Both the position numbers and the translations under genes were made by a program. The notes under the pieces were generated by a model. That model saw only the letters and a program-made list of their open reading frames with translations, did not search any database and was not told the DNA's origin. Source: a virus (taxonomy: Duplodnaviria; Heunggongvirae; Uroviricota; Caudoviricetes). Taken from it: a stretch of DNA of 64,000 bases. Shown here in pieces: positions 29,304-39,874 of the stretch (position 1 is its first letter; each line of letters opens with the position of its first letter). The DNA is taken from IMG/VR virus record IMGVR_UViG_3300035210_000151, one strand, 5' to 3'.

Positions 29304-29594
29304 ATGAACATTGAAATTGATAAATACATGAAAATGACATCCGAAGAGTTTAAGACTTTTGTTGAAGGATTGCATGTCAAACAAGTCAAACAACTTTATG
29401 AATATCTTCGTAAGCAGCTTATTGCAAATGCTTATAAAACAGATATGGATGGAGAAGAAGTGGTTGAACATGTTAAGAAAAAAGAATTGAAAGCAATTGT
29501 TAAGCGTATTTATGATTCAATGGGCCATGTGCCCAATAAAAAAGAAAGTAAGCTTATTCGACAAGGCAAACAAGAACAGAAGAAAACACGATAA
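29304..29594 (+). CDS. small basic hypothetical protein
   Basis: GGAG RBS, K-rich. Confidence 0.7.
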   Translation: MNIEIDKYMKMTSEEFKTFVEGLHVKQVKQLYEYLRKQLIANAYKTDMDGEEVVEHVKKKELKAIVKRIYDSMGHVPNKKESKLIRQGKQEQKKTR

Positions 29595-29605
29595 GAGGTG
29601 TCAAA

Positions 29606-29785
29606 ATGAAAGCAAGCCGAGAACTCAAAAAATGGCAACGGGCCTTGGTCAAGTTGTACGGGAAGAAAAACGGTGTTGTTCGTGGTTGCTATTTTGATAG
29701 TCCAGAAATGGAAGTGAAAGCGGAAACTAACAAACACATCAAGCGAGGAAAGGATGAATCTTGGAAAAACGAAATCAATGCTTAA
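29606..29785 (+). CDS. small hypothetical protein (59 aa, not in ORF track)
   Basis: GAGGTG RBS; MKASRELKKWQRALVKLYG...NEINA*; fills the operon gap. Confidence 0.6.
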   Translation: MKASRELKKWQRALVKLYGKKNGVVRGCYFDSPEMEVKAETNKHIKRGKDESWKNEINA

Positions 29786-30344
29786 ATGGGCTGCTGTTAC
29801 ATTAACTGTTTCATTGGCCGGTTGCACAATGGATAAAGAAGTCGGTGATATGCGATCAGGTATTGATCGCTTCACTTATGTTCAATGGGATTCAGAACAT
29901 GCGGTAACGGTTAGGCATGTTAAACAAATCGACACGAAAGTCTATGTGTCTGATCGTTATGATATTCAATTCTTTAAACATCAATCCAGTAAAGTGCCTG
30001 TATGGACTAAATTTGTGAGCAATGATCCGGCCACTATGAGTGGTTATGTGGGTGGTAAGTATCATCAATTAAAAGGCCATGACATGGGCGTTACCGTACA
30101 AAAAGGTAACTATGCTGTGCCTGCTTACCGTGCGGTTGATGTATCCATTATCCCCGGAATGCCCGGTGGGCCAGTGACTAATGCTGCTGGTGAAGTAATT
30201 GGCATGACCACTGAGTTAGGTCTTGAACCCTTAGAATATGGTGAAGGAACGTATAATGTTTCGTTTTATTTGCCTTATGAAGTCATTGCTAAGGAATGGA
30301 AAAATTATCAGCTCATTAAAGCTGGCGAAGCTCCTATCGAATAA
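29778..30344 (+). CDS. trypsin-like lipoprotein lacking the catalytic Ser
   Basis: Lipobox SLAGC; AVTVRHV, YDIQFF, PGMPGGPV in place of GMSGGPV. Confidence 0.75.
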   Translation: MLKWAAVTLTVSLAGCTMDKEVGDMRSGIDRFTYVQWDSEHAVTVRHVKQIDTKVYVSDRYDIQFFKHQSSKVPVWTKFVSNDPATMSGYVGGKYHQLKGHDMGVTVQKGNYAVPAYRAVDVSIIPGMPGGPVTNAAGEVIGMTTELGLEPLEYGEGTYNVSFYLPYEVIAKEWKNYQLIKAGEAPIE

Positions 30345-30413
30345 CTTGTCATATTGTCTTGAATAAATCCTTTTAGTTTGGTATAATTGCCGAAATTAAG
30401 AGGATTTTTAGTC

Positions 30414-31103
30414 ATGACAAAAGAATGGACAGGTGGTGCTCCGATGGACAAACAACTGGAAGCAAGCCGAGAACTGTTGAAACGTAATTCAAAAGTGCTG
30501 GCAAAAACATTTTCGAAGTATTTTAATATGCCTGTAAAAGCAGAAGACTTTTTGATGGTAGATTACAATAAAGGTGTTGTTATCTCCGAACCTGAAACAG
30601 CTAAATTTTACATCAATCTCATTTCTAAATCCCAATCAGAAATTCAATTCTATCGATCTATTTATTCATCTAAAAAACAATTCGATTTTGTTTTTCCAGA
30701 AGAACGAACAATATTTAATCAATACTTTGAAAAACTTTCTCTTATTCTATCCACATTCTATGTCAGTGTTGAAGTGATTTACATGGGGCAAGCGTCTATC
30801 AGTAGACCGTTGGATAGTTTTATGAACAAGATTTTTTCACCAAGTCTTAGTATTTTTCAAGATAATATTAAAATTCTTGGTATAGAACCCCGTTTTAAAC
30901 ATTTGACTAAACCCCTTGAAAAAGATGAGCGAACCGATGTTGTTAACTTGTTTGAAGGGCATGAAATGGCATTCATTCATAAATTCATCAAGAACATCAA
31001 TCAACATGCTATTCCAGAGGATTCTGATATTGTTATTAGTCTCGATGATGACATTGAAGATTTGCGACGTAACCTTTCATTGGTTGGTATGTGTTTAGTT
31101 TAA
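30414..31103 (+). CDS. orphan protein, C-terminal tag family
   Basis: Start after GAGG; ends LSLVGMCLV. Confidence 0.8.
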   Translation: MTKEWTGGAPMDKQLEASRELLKRNSKVLAKTFSKYFNMPVKAEDFLMVDYNKGVVISEPETAKFYINLISKSQSEIQFYRSIYSSKKQFDFVFPEERTIFNQYFEKLSLILSTFYVSVEVIYMGQASISRPLDSFMNKIFSPSLSIFQDNIKILGIEPRFKHLTKPLEKDERTDVVNLFEGHEMAFIHKFIKNINQHAIPEDSDIVISLDDDIEDLRRNLSLVGMCLV

Positions 31104-31133
31104 AATTTGTTCTCATATAACGTTTCAGTAGAC

Positions 31134-31165
31134 AAAAAAAAAGCCCTAATTGCTAGGGCTTTTTT
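31134..31165. terminator. bidirectional terminator
   Basis: A run-AAGCCCTA-attgc-TAGGGCTT-T run between convergent genes. Confidence 0.8.
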
Positions 31166-31177
31166 ATTTCTTTGGTA

Positions 31178-32548
31178 TTAACCTAAGTCTTTACCTGTTC
31201 TTGTTTTATACGCTTCATAATGCATATTCTTCTTGAATGATTCTGAATCCAATGTATCAGCATTACTCAATGTTGTGTTTAAGCTGGTCATTGACGCAGA
31301 GATACGAGCATCTGCATAACCACAAGAATCCAACATACCAGAAGCACTACGAAGAAGACCTTTAGCACCTTCAAGATTACCAGCAGCAATGGCGGCAGAC
31401 GCTTCAGCTTTGTTCTTGGCAATCATCAACAAGGTTTCTTGAATTTTCACTTCTTGAACAAAATCAAGTTTTTCCCATTTCTTTTGACTTAATACATCAG
31501 CTTCAAGTTGGATGACCTGATTTACCTTGTTTCCGTTCTCATCTTTGTATTCTATTGCTAATTCACCTAGAATGACATGAGCCGCTGGTTTAGCACCAAA
31601 TTCAGTGTCTAATTTGAACAATACTGACAATTTGTTACCTGATAATACGTTTGAAAGCTTATAAACACCATCAGTTGCTTCATAACTGTTCATTTGTTCA
31701 GCAATTTTAAAACCTTCTGCCAATTGAAGCTGTAAAGTAATTTCAGTTGCAGCAACGTTAGCCATACCTGTAAATTCTTCTGAGAACATCTGATCGAATT
31801 CTTTTTCGTCTTTGATGTAGTAGAAGTTACCACCACCAGTATCACTCATTGATTGAAGCAATGTTTCATTAAAACGACTGCCCACACCAAAGGTTGATGT
31901 GCTTACACCACTTTTGTAGATAGCGGCTACATCTTTTGCAATCTCTTTTGGATCGACAACACCAGACATGGTTTCACCATCGGTCAATACCATTACACGG
32001 TTGATGTATTTATCTTTCAAGTTTTTAACCACTTCGGTGGCACCAGATAACCAACCAGAATGCAAGTTTGTTCCGCCGTTAGCACGTAATTCGCTAATCG
32101 CTCTGATCATTTCTAGTTTTGATTCTGATGTTACTTTTGTTGCATCTTTAACAACAGATGCCGAAGAGTGGAAGACTACAAGGGATACAAAGTCACCCTC
32201 TTTCAAGCTTTCAACTGCTTTGATAGCTGCTTTTTTGACGAGTTCCATTTTGCTCATAGACGGTTGACGATTAATACCGCTTTCTGGAAACTGGTGGAAT
32301 GGATTACCTATCATTGCTCTCATTGCCATTTGTGTTTGAAGACTTGAATTGATTTCAGCCATTGGTTGATATGAAATAAATTCTTGCATGGAACCTGATA
32401 CGTCAATCACTAAGCTGAGATTTAGTTTTTGTCTTTTGATAGCTTTGTTTACTGCTTTTTTCACGCCTTCAAGTTCAACTAGGAAAAGTCCTGATTTCGC
32501 TTGGTTATTTAGAGCAGCTTTTTCTGTAAAATATTTTATGTTGATCAT
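31178..32548 (-). CDS. von Willebrand factor A domain protein
   Basis: MIDAS DVSGSM, GGTNL, VLTDGE, STFGVG, GGGNFYYI. Confidence 0.9.
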   Translation of the reverse strand: MINIKYFTEKAALNNQAKSGLFLVELEGVKKAVNKAIKRQKLNLSLVIDVSGSMQEFISYQPMAEINSSLQTQMAMRAMIGNPFHQFPESGINRQPSMSKMELVKKAAIKAVESLKEGDFVSLVVFHSSASVVKDATKVTSESKLEMIRAISELRANGGTNLHSGWLSGATEVVKNLKDKYINRVMVLTDGETMSGVVDPKEIAKDVAAIYKSGVSTSTFGVGSRFNETLLQSMSDTGGGNFYYIKDEKEFDQMFSEEFTGMANVAATEITLQLQLAEGFKIAEQMNSYEATDGVYKLSNVLSGNKLSVLFKLDTEFGAKPAAHVILGELAIEYKDENGNKVNQVIQLEADVLSQKKWEKLDFVQEVKIQETLLMIAKNKAEASAAIAAGNLEGAKGLLRSASGMLDSCGYADARISASMTSLNTTLSNADTLDSESFKKNMHYEAYKTRTGKDLG

Positions 32549-32550
32549 GA

Positions 32551-33243
32551 TTATTCTCCTAGTCCTAATATTTGTTTAATTTTTTCGAGCATTTCTTCTT
32601 TGTTTGTTACTGTAAAACCTTGTTCCATCTTTAAAAACAACTTTCCGTTATCATCAAGTGGATATTCACTGAACACCTTAACACTTGTCTTGTGAGAATC
32701 TATGTAACTCGTTCCAGCTTTAAAGAGATCATTTCCTTGACCAGAAGCACCTAAAATAATGCTTTCCATTGTTCCTCTTTTTAGTGAAGAGTTAGCCATG
32801 ACCTGTGGCATAATGGTGCCTGATGGACTTTCTAAACTGGCACCTTTATTACCCATGCTTCTGGCTGTAATAGAATTTAATACACTCATTGCATTGGCTT
32901 TTAAATCACTATCTGTGTCTGTGTAATCATTTGTCGCTACTTCTTGTTCACCTGTATTAAGATATGAACCATAACTCAGTCCTCTTAATAGTTTTTCGCT
33001 TGCACCTTCTTTTTGAAGGGATTTAATGTTTAAAATTTGTTCTACATGTCCATCATCAAAATAGTTTTGACGACCATCTTTTACTGGTGGATTGATCAGT
33101 CGTTTGGCGAGTAAGTCTCGAACTTTCCTTACAGTGATTGTTTCAGAGAGTCGGCCATCGGCATTCTGGACATTCTCTTTCGTTTCTGCTATAATTCGGT
33201 TTACTTCGTCAACAAGCTGATCAAGTGTATATTGTTTTAGCAT
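32551..33243 (-). CDS. MerR-like HTH protein
   Basis: ITVRKVRDLLAKRLINPP..GRQNYFDDGHVEQILNIKSLQKEG; co-operonic with vWA gene. Confidence 0.7.
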   Translation of the reverse strand: MLKQYTLDQLVDEVNRIIAETKENVQNADGRLSETITVRKVRDLLAKRLINPPVKDGRQNYFDDGHVEQILNIKSLQKEGASEKLLRGLSYGSYLNTGEQEVATNDYTDTDSDLKANAMSVLNSITARSMGNKGASLESPSGTIMPQVMANSSLKRGTMESIILGASGQGNDLFKAGTSYIDSHKTSVKVFSEYPLDDNGKLFLKMEQGFTVTNKEEMLEKIKQILGLGE

Positions 33244-33284
33244 ATTGGTTACTCCGTTGATGTATATATATTTACACTAATTGA

Positions 33285-33310
33285 TGTCAATTGTCAATAG
33301 ATAGTGTCAA
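33285..33310 (-). promoter_or_regulatory. three TTGACA copies upstream of the MerR-like gene
   Basis: + strand TGTCAA at 33285, 33292 and 33305. Confidence 0.4.
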
Positions 33311-33346
33311 CGTTATTTAAAAATACTTTAATACTTGGGGATTTTA

Positions 33347-34093
33347 ATGAAACTTACCGATGAGTTTATGAGTGCAATCAAGAACTCTTTATTTGATACA
33401 TACAATATAAAATGTGAAATCTCTCTTAATTCTTTTACTTCCCAAGATGTGTTTCTGCGATTGGAAGGCACTATTAATGAGCGTGTCTTTGTGGGAACCA
33501 TGACTATTCTTAAAAGCTATTCAATCGAAAATAAATTTTCATTTTTTATTGATGGTCGTTTTGTGGGCGAACTTCATGATGATTTTATTAAGCATATTTC
33601 ATCCACTAATCCTTTATTTGTGGCAATGCATGAAGTAAACCAATTTGTCATTGAACAATTTTCTCGGAAAATACCTTTTGTTTACAAATCTTTTTATATT
33701 GGTGTTGGTGAGTTTTTCTATATCAATAATCAAATTGAGCAATTAAAGATTGATATGACCCCCGAGTTCTATCTCAACCTTTCAATTGGTATAAAACTTC
33801 ATGATAAAGATAGCAATTTAGACGGCAAGACTGATTTGCTTTTTGTTTCATACTCTACAAAAAATAACTTAAAGCAGATTCAGTACCAACTTCCAGCTTG
33901 TTTAACCATGAAAAAATTAAATGAGCATGATGATCTTGATGAGTTTAAAAAGACATTATTAAGAGAGTATATGAGCCGCTATTCTAGAATTACAAAGAAT
34001 AGATTATTGTTGCCAATTGAAAACTTTGATATTTTATCTTATGGGGTAATACTTGACCATCTTAAAATTCAGTCTATGAATGACATTGTATAA
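33347..34093 (+). CDS. orphan protein, paralog array D, C-terminal tag (one extra residue)
   Basis: MKLTDEF...SLFD.Y, LLREYM; ends LKIQSMNDIV. Confidence 0.8.
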   Translation: MKLTDEFMSAIKNSLFDTYNIKCEISLNSFTSQDVFLRLEGTINERVFVGTMTILKSYSIENKFSFFIDGRFVGELHDDFIKHISSTNPLFVAMHEVNQFVIEQFSRKIPFVYKSFYIGVGEFFYINNQIEQLKIDMTPEFYLNLSIGIKLHDKDSNLDGKTDLLFVSYSTKNNLKQIQYQLPACLTMKKLNEHDDLDEFKKTLLREYMSRYSRITKNRLLLPIENFDILSYGVILDHLKIQSMNDIV

Positions 34094-34170
34094 GAGATAA
34101 ATAGTTTGATTAAAGATGTGTTTTGTGATAAAATAATCACTCTCATCAACCCCAATTAAGGTAAATAAAA

Positions 34171-34584
34171 ATGACAGAAACTCAAATGCATTATGTAAAC
34201 CAACTGTTTTTTGGATTGCCAGAAGATATGCAACAATTCATGATCAAAGATTTGGAATCTCGATTAACCCTAGAACAAATTGAAGAATCTAAGCAAACTT
34301 CTGAACAAATTTATTCTATTCTGTCTAACGTGGATTCGCTCTTGCTTTCTCATCATTTAGGTGAAGACAATCAATCTCATCAATCCGCTAATCTAAATTT
34401 TCTTTATTGTGAGAATTTACTTAATACTGTCGATGATGATTCAGTTGTTGCCTTTATTAAATTACTTGAAATGAACTTTACTCAAAAGGCTCTCGATGGT
34501 TTTATGCTCATTGCCGCACAAAAAAATGCGAGGTCTTTAGAGTTTGATCAGCTTTTTGCAGCCGCTAAACAGGATTTTTCATGA
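34171..34584 (+). CDS. hypothetical protein
   Basis: ORF with own promoter; ATGA overlap with next gene. Confidence 0.7.
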   Translation: MTETQMHYVNQLFFGLPEDMQQFMIKDLESRLTLEQIEESKQTSEQIYSILSNVDSLLLSHHLGEDNQSHQSANLNFLYCENLLNTVDDDSVVAFIKLLEMNFTQKALDGFMLIAAQKNARSLEFDQLFAAAKQDFS

Positions 34585-35303
34585 AATTAAGTAAAGAATT
34601 TGAAACCCTCATTAAACAGTCTTTGTTTGATCGTTATGCTGTTGAAGATCTAAAAATCACTCGTGAACAACAGAAAGACTTTATACGATTTTCGTTAAAA
34701 GGTCTTGTTAATAATGAATCTTTTGTGGGATCTTTAAATATTGTCGAACATAAAGATAGCACAGCTTCATTTACGATGACAGGATGGTTTGATGGCAATA
34801 GTCGAAGTTTTATGAACCATGTATTGAAAGATAACATTTATACCAACACTATCAGTGAAATTGGTGAATTCTTGCATTCTAATTTTAGCAGACCTATTAC
34901 TACTGTCGTCGGTCGTTTTCACATTGGTATGGGCGAATTTTCTTTGGATGGGAAAAAAATTACTAATATCTCAATTAATGCTAATCCAGCGTTTAGGTCA
35001 CGAATTGAAATAATTCCAAAAGAAAAAGATAAAGTTATTGATAATATTTTGCTTGAAATTTCTTATATTGTTAAAGATGGTCAATCTCATTTTAATTATG
35101 CAACAAAGGATGAAGCTGTCTTTTATACTTCTGTTAATAATATGGACTTGGATTCATTAAAAAAAATCTTGCTTCGTGAATACATGACCGCTTATTCTTT
35201 ATTGACTGAAATCCCAAATTTATTAAGTTTTGATGAATTCAATACATTAAGTTATCAACACATCATTGATTATTTGACCGTTCAACAGATGAATGATATT
35301 TAA
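34581..35303 (+). CDS. orphan protein, paralog array D, C-terminal tag
   Basis: MKLSKEF...SLFDRY, LLREYM; ends LTVQQMNDI. Confidence 0.8.
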   Translation: MKLSKEFETLIKQSLFDRYAVEDLKITREQQKDFIRFSLKGLVNNESFVGSLNIVEHKDSTASFTMTGWFDGNSRSFMNHVLKDNIYTNTISEIGEFLHSNFSRPITTVVGRFHIGMGEFSLDGKKITNISINANPAFRSRIEIIPKEKDKVIDNILLEISYIVKDGQSHFNYATKDEAVFYTSVNNMDLDSLKKILLREYMTAYSLLTEIPNLLSFDEFNTLSYQHIIDYLTVQQMNDI

Positions 35304-35326
35304 CAATTTTAAAGAGGTGTTTTGTT

Positions 35327-36145
35327 ATGCTCACTGATAAATGTAAGAAACAGCTCAAAGAGCTATTAAGAGAGCGATATAACATTGATTGTCACAGAAT
35401 TGTTCAAGCTCAGGAAAATGCCTATAATTATTTTTACTTCACCTTAATTTGTGTTTGTGAAAATAAAGGTTTTGAAATGTTGTTGACCATTTCCCGTCAC
35501 ATGCGTTATCCAACGGTATTGAGAACTAATGTGGTGTTTGGCACCATTCAGGCTGATATTGAAGCGGATGAGTTCATTGATGATTATGATTTTACGATTC
35601 AGATTGACTCTAAAAATACCGACTTGGTTCGAATTTTATCCAACCAAATGTACGATAACCCTATTGTTAGTTCAATGAATAATATCAATAAACAATTTTC
35701 TCTAGGTATTGATAGCAAGTATTATATGTTGTATACAAAAATCATCCCTATTGTGGGGTTAATGAAAAAAGATAAGGGTTGGTTTAATATTAAGACCATC
35801 AGTGAAACACCTTATTTCGTAGGCAATCTCTGCAGTTCTTTTATTCATCCTAAACGTGCAACACCTGTAAATGAAGTATTGTTTAATTTCTTTATATTTG
35901 GTGATCAATTTAACTATGTTACAGGAACAAGAGCTACTTCGTCGGCCTATAACACAGAACCGTTGTTGCCCATCAATCCAGACACATTGAAATGTTTTGA
36001 AAAAGACATCTTTCAAGAAATCTTTTTTGCTTATTCAAAACTGTTTGATTTTAAGATTGAAGATATGTCAAAAGAAGAGCTTCGAGAGTTGGATATTGAT
36101 GATTTCTTACAATACATAGAAGTCCAGAAAATGGCACAAATTTAA
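35327..36145 (+). CDS. orphan protein, paralog array D, C-terminal tag
   Basis: KTIS..P.F, FQEIF; ends IEVQKMAQI. Confidence 0.8.
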   Translation: MLTDKCKKQLKELLRERYNIDCHRIVQAQENAYNYFYFTLICVCENKGFEMLLTISRHMRYPTVLRTNVVFGTIQADIEADEFIDDYDFTIQIDSKNTDLVRILSNQMYDNPIVSSMNNINKQFSLGIDSKYYMLYTKIIPIVGLMKKDKGWFNIKTISETPYFVGNLCSSFIHPKRATPVNEVLFNFFIFGDQFNYVTGTRATSSAYNTEPLLPINPDTLKCFEKDIFQEIFFAYSKLFDFKIEDMSKEELRELDIDDFLQYIEVQKMAQI

Positions 36146-36158
36146 ATGAGGCATAGAA

Positions 36159-36908
36159 ATGTTAACCAGTGAATCAAAATCAAAAATCATAGATGAACTA
36201 GCCAAAAATGACATTGTTTGTACTAGTTTTATTGAAGTCTTGTCCATGAAAGAAAGTTATCCTAACTATAATATTTCAGCTATTTTTGAAGGCCATGAGA
36301 TTACATTAAAACTGATGTCTTGTGTTCTGGATAAGAATTATAATGTATTAGGTATGAAATTAGAACCAGATGGCAAGAATCGAGATGAAATTGTTAACTT
36401 CAGCGTTTCTTTACAAGGTGATAACTTGCACATTTTCAATAATTTTATTCAAAATAAATATTTGGAACAAGAGCTAAATGAAGTGGATAAAATTAACAAA
36501 GATTTTCCTTTTGATGTTGATTATGAAATTGCTTTATTTTATGATTCTTTTTGTTTTGCAACTGGCACAATGGTTTATGTTGATCGTTGTTATGAGTTGA
36601 AAACAATATCTAATTATCCAACATTTACGATTGGAGCTTATGCACATTATCCTACGGCTACATTTTATAGCAAAGGTAAATTACTTTTAAAATTTCATAA
36701 AAATAGATATAGAATTGCCTATAATTATACATTCACACCTATTGATGAGACTAAACCTTTACGATTAAAACTTTTTCAAGAGCTATTTTTGTATTATATG
36801 GAAAAAACAAAATTTAAAATGAATGTGTTAGACATGGATGAAATGTTATTGATGGATTATGATGATTTAATTGCTTATATAACTGTTCAGAAAATGGTTG
36901 ACATTTAA
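36159..36908 (+). CDS. orphan protein, paralog array D, C-terminal tag
   Basis: KTISNYPTF, FQELF; ends ITVQKMVDI. Confidence 0.8.
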   Translation: MLTSESKSKIIDELAKNDIVCTSFIEVLSMKESYPNYNISAIFEGHEITLKLMSCVLDKNYNVLGMKLEPDGKNRDEIVNFSVSLQGDNLHIFNNFIQNKYLEQELNEVDKINKDFPFDVDYEIALFYDSFCFATGTMVYVDRCYELKTISNYPTFTIGAYAHYPTATFYSKGKLLLKFHKNRYRIAYNYTFTPIDETKPLRLKLFQELFLYYMEKTKFKMNVLDMDEMLLMDYDDLIAYITVQKMVDI

Positions 36909-36985
36909 ATAAAAAGCTAAATAAAACTTTAAATGTTAACGAATTTATGATACAATACACTAAATTAAAAAACCGGAGTCCACGT

Positions 36986-37471
36986 ATGTCAAAAGTCCTA
37001 CAGTTCCCAGTTCGGCACAAAATAGATCCTGCCACTGTCGAGTTTTATGCTGAACTTTTAGAGAAAAAATCTGCCTTGCTCAATAATCAAGAACTCATTC
37101 TTGATAATTCTAACACTAATCGTCGTTTTAGTGGCTGCCACAACTCACTTGGGCCACTCTCAGAGCAAACTTATCGCTTGTTACTGGCCTTTGCTAATCA
37201 ACCTATTGAAGAAAACTGGGTTGCTGTAAAGGATACTCGTATTTTTGGTCGTATGACTCCTTTTGATATTGTGGCAGACAGTTATCCAGAATATACGGAA
37301 CCAGCCTCAGTCAATAAAGTGCCTTCCGCTGAAACGTTTAGTTTTGCCTTTTCTGTTATCAAACAGAAATTTTTAATGAAACAGTCATTGCTTTTAAACG
37401 AATATCAGGCTAGTATTGATGACATAGAAAATGAATACCCAGAATTGAAATCTACTTTTAAGGTAAAATAA
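36986..37471 (+). CDS. hypothetical protein
   Basis: Start after GGAG; MSKVLQFP. Confidence 0.7.
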   Translation: MSKVLQFPVRHKIDPATVEFYAELLEKKSALLNNQELILDNSNTNRRFSGCHNSLGPLSEQTYRLLLAFANQPIEENWVAVKDTRIFGRMTPFDIVADSYPEYTEPASVNKVPSAETFSFAFSVIKQKFLMKQSLLLNEYQASIDDIENEYPELKSTFKVK

Positions 37472-37473
37472 CC

Positions 37474-37905
37474 ATGTTAACCAAAGTCACTATTCAAAAC
37501 ATTGATGCGAACACAGAGTTTAAGAAACTCTTTACCCGTCATGCATCTTACGAATTTGATACGCTTAATTTTGAAAAAGCCGTTTTGTTTGCAGTCAAGC
37601 GTGAATATGGCTACGGTGCGACTATTTCTAATAATACACTTGAGCAGTCGAGACATCATCATTCAGATTACTTTCTGGTGACTGATGTAGAATATGATGC
37701 TCGTGTTGATGATAAATATGATATGCTGGTTAATGGTGAAATCAAGCAAGGCACCAAGAAGGTCAATGGTCGTTTGAAAACTCGCATTCGAGTTGAAGTT
37801 AAAGTTGATCACATGGCCGCAAAAAAACTAGGAAAATTTGAGAAATTTATGTTAGAATGGCGGTTCAAAAAAAATGCTTACCAAACATACGGAATTAAGA
37901 AGTAA
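37474..37905 (+). CDS. hypothetical protein
   Basis: Operonic ORF. Confidence 0.7.
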   Translation: MLTKVTIQNIDANTEFKKLFTRHASYEFDTLNFEKAVLFAVKREYGYGATISNNTLEQSRHHHSDYFLVTDVEYDARVDDKYDMLVNGEIKQGTKKVNGRLKTRIRVEVKVDHMAAKKLGKFEKFMLEWRFKKNAYQTYGIKK

Positions 37906-37934
37906 TCAATTAAATTAAAAAATTAGGAGAAATT

Positions 37935-38243
37935 ATGTCAAAAGTTAACACCCCAGAAGTTACAGCAAAAGAATTTGCAACCGTTATCAGTGCAGCAATC
38001 ATGGATAAAGGTGCTACAGGTATTCAACATGTGCTAACTCAATATATGTTTGGTGAAAAGAAGTTTCTGAATGGTCTGTTGGAAGCAACACCGACTGATG
38101 AAGCACGTATGGCTGTTGTTCATATGGTTATTGATAATATCAAAGAAGCTTTTCAAGCCGGTGGTCGCCGCAATCTTGTTGTTGTTCTTGATCATTTGAT
38201 TGAACAATCAGCAGCTAAAAAATGTGGTATGGAAACGCTTTAA
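37935..38243 (+). CDS. hypothetical protein
   Basis: AGGAG RBS. Confidence 0.7.
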   Translation: MSKVNTPEVTAKEFATVISAAIMDKGATGIQHVLTQYMFGEKKFLNGLLEATPTDEARMAVVHMVIDNIKEAFQAGGRRNLVVVLDHLIEQSAAKKCGMETL

Positions 38244-38257
38244 AAAGGAGTTTAACT

Positions 38258-38518
38258 TTGAAACAAATGATTTTGATTTATGATCCAGAGCTAGGTTGTA
38301 CAATGCCCACTGGTAAGATTGCCAGCTCTGTTAGTGGTTGTTTTGTTGCTTATGAAAAAGAAGGCTTCTTTAAATCTTCTTATGGTAGTTTTTCTATTAT
38401 TGAAGAGTTTTTGAAACAGGCAATTGAAAAGAAAATGGGACTGGAAGCAATTACCATTATCTATAGGATTGGTGATGATGATATTGAAATCAAGGCTTCC
38501 AGTAAATTAGCCACTTGA
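38258..38518 (+). CDS. hypothetical protein
   Basis: TTG start after AAGGAG. Confidence 0.6.
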   Translation: MKQMILIYDPELGCTMPTGKIASSVSGCFVAYEKEGFFKSSYGSFSIIEEFLKQAIEKKMGLEAITIIYRIGDDDIEIKASSKLAT

Positions 38519-38671
38519 TTTAATTTTATAGAAGTTTAGAAGCCATACTTTTTTGTTGTTATCGACAAGACAGTTTGGTTTTTTTGTTTGTTTTCTAAAT
38601 AGAGATTGAATGTTTTTGTTTATTTTGATATACTCATCACTTAAATGATGCATTCAATTTAGGAAAACTTA

Positions 38672-39874
38672 ATGACACCCACCTTAGATGAAATATCAGT
38701 TAATCCAGATCTATTACGTCTTTTTTTGATTAATCAAGGATTAACAGAAGAATTTAAGGAATTTCCCTCTTTTTATTTTGATTATAAGGTTGAAAATGAG
38801 GCTTCATTTTTATGGGGTCACTGCATGAAGTTTATGGTTAGTAGAGGTGGTATTTATACTTATAAATTCAAAAATGAAGTGTTATTCTATTCTATTGTTT
38901 TTCCACTATTTAATCGTTCTGAAATTAATCAATTAGATTCTCTTTTTCGATTTATTGAAGATTTTTTCTATGATGGATCTTTAATAGAAAAAGAAAACTC
39001 ATATGAGATTAGTGTAACCAAGCCTGTTATTACTTCATCTAATGATCGTTTTGTTCTTCTTAAAAAAAGCAATAGTGATTTTAGATTATCAAATAAGTAC
39101 ATAACCGTTAATCTAAAAAACATTGAATTTGAGACAATCTATTCAAGCATCCTTGCTGAATTTAAAAATAAACTAGATATTTATCTGGATAAAAAAGATT
39201 CAATCATCACGATTGATGTCTTTAACTCAATCTTTAATGAAAGTGTTCCTATTTTAATTAATCGACTATTTAATAAATTAAGTGTCATTCCTGTTTGTAA
39301 TCAGACTTTTCTAGAATGCTTTGATGAGCAAACACTCTCGGTTGTCTCTAAAAACAATAAAAAATTAAAAGAGTTTATTCTAGACATAGAATCTGATCAT
39401 ATTTTTAGGGTTGATAACGATATCTATTATCACGTTTATTTTTATATTGATAGTATTTCTGTACTTAGAAGTCTACTTAAAAAATCAATGAGCTTAGAAG
39501 ATATTAATTTTCTGATACAGATTATTTCAATGACATTTTTTTATCACAATATTATGAACCCTGATAATAAGTTAATTTATTTTTCATTTGCTCGTTATAA
39601 TATATTTAACATGAATAAATTGAGAATTTTAGATGAAAAATTTTTTTATGACCTTGAATTTGGTGATTACTCAATTAAGTTAGGTAAAGATATAGTGATG
39701 GAATTTACAAATTTTATTGATGGTAGTGAACAATCATTTACAGTATCTACCATGCAAGAATTATATCAAAATCAATTTGATTTTATTACTGCCTCTATTT
39801 GTAAATCATTGTCAGCAGAACCTCATAATATCTGTATTCGAGATCTGAAAGTAATTGAGATGTTATTGCTGTAA
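38672..39874 (+). CDS. orphan protein, paralog array E, C-terminal tag
   Basis: MTPTL.EI..NP, Y.FKF.N..LFY.I.FP; ends LKVIEMLLL. Confidence 0.85.
   Translation: MTPTLDEISVNPDLLRLFLINQGLTEEFKEFPSFYFDYKVENEASFLWGHCMKFMVSRGGIYTYKFKNEVLFYSIVFPLFNRSEINQLDSLFRFIEDFFYDGSLIEKENSYEISVTKPVITSSNDRFVLLKKSNSDFRLSNKYITVNLKNIEFETIYSSILAEFKNKLDIYLDKKDSIITIDVFNSIFNESVPILINRLFNKLSVIPVCNQTFLECFDEQTLSVVSKNNKKLKEFILDIESDHIFRVDNDIYYHVYFYIDSISVLRSLLKKSMSLEDINFLIQIISMTFFYHNIMNPDNKLIYFSFARYNIFNMNKLRILDEKFFYDLEFGDYSIKLGKDIVMEFTNFIDGSEQSFTVSTMQELYQNQFDFITASICKSLSAEPHNICIRDLKVIEMLLL

Noticed and set aside
37935-38243. C-terminus KKCGMETL as a tag member
   Set aside because: Met(-4) and terminal Leu fit, but the position -7 hydrophobic residue and acidic lead-in are missing and the protein is much shorter; likely chance.
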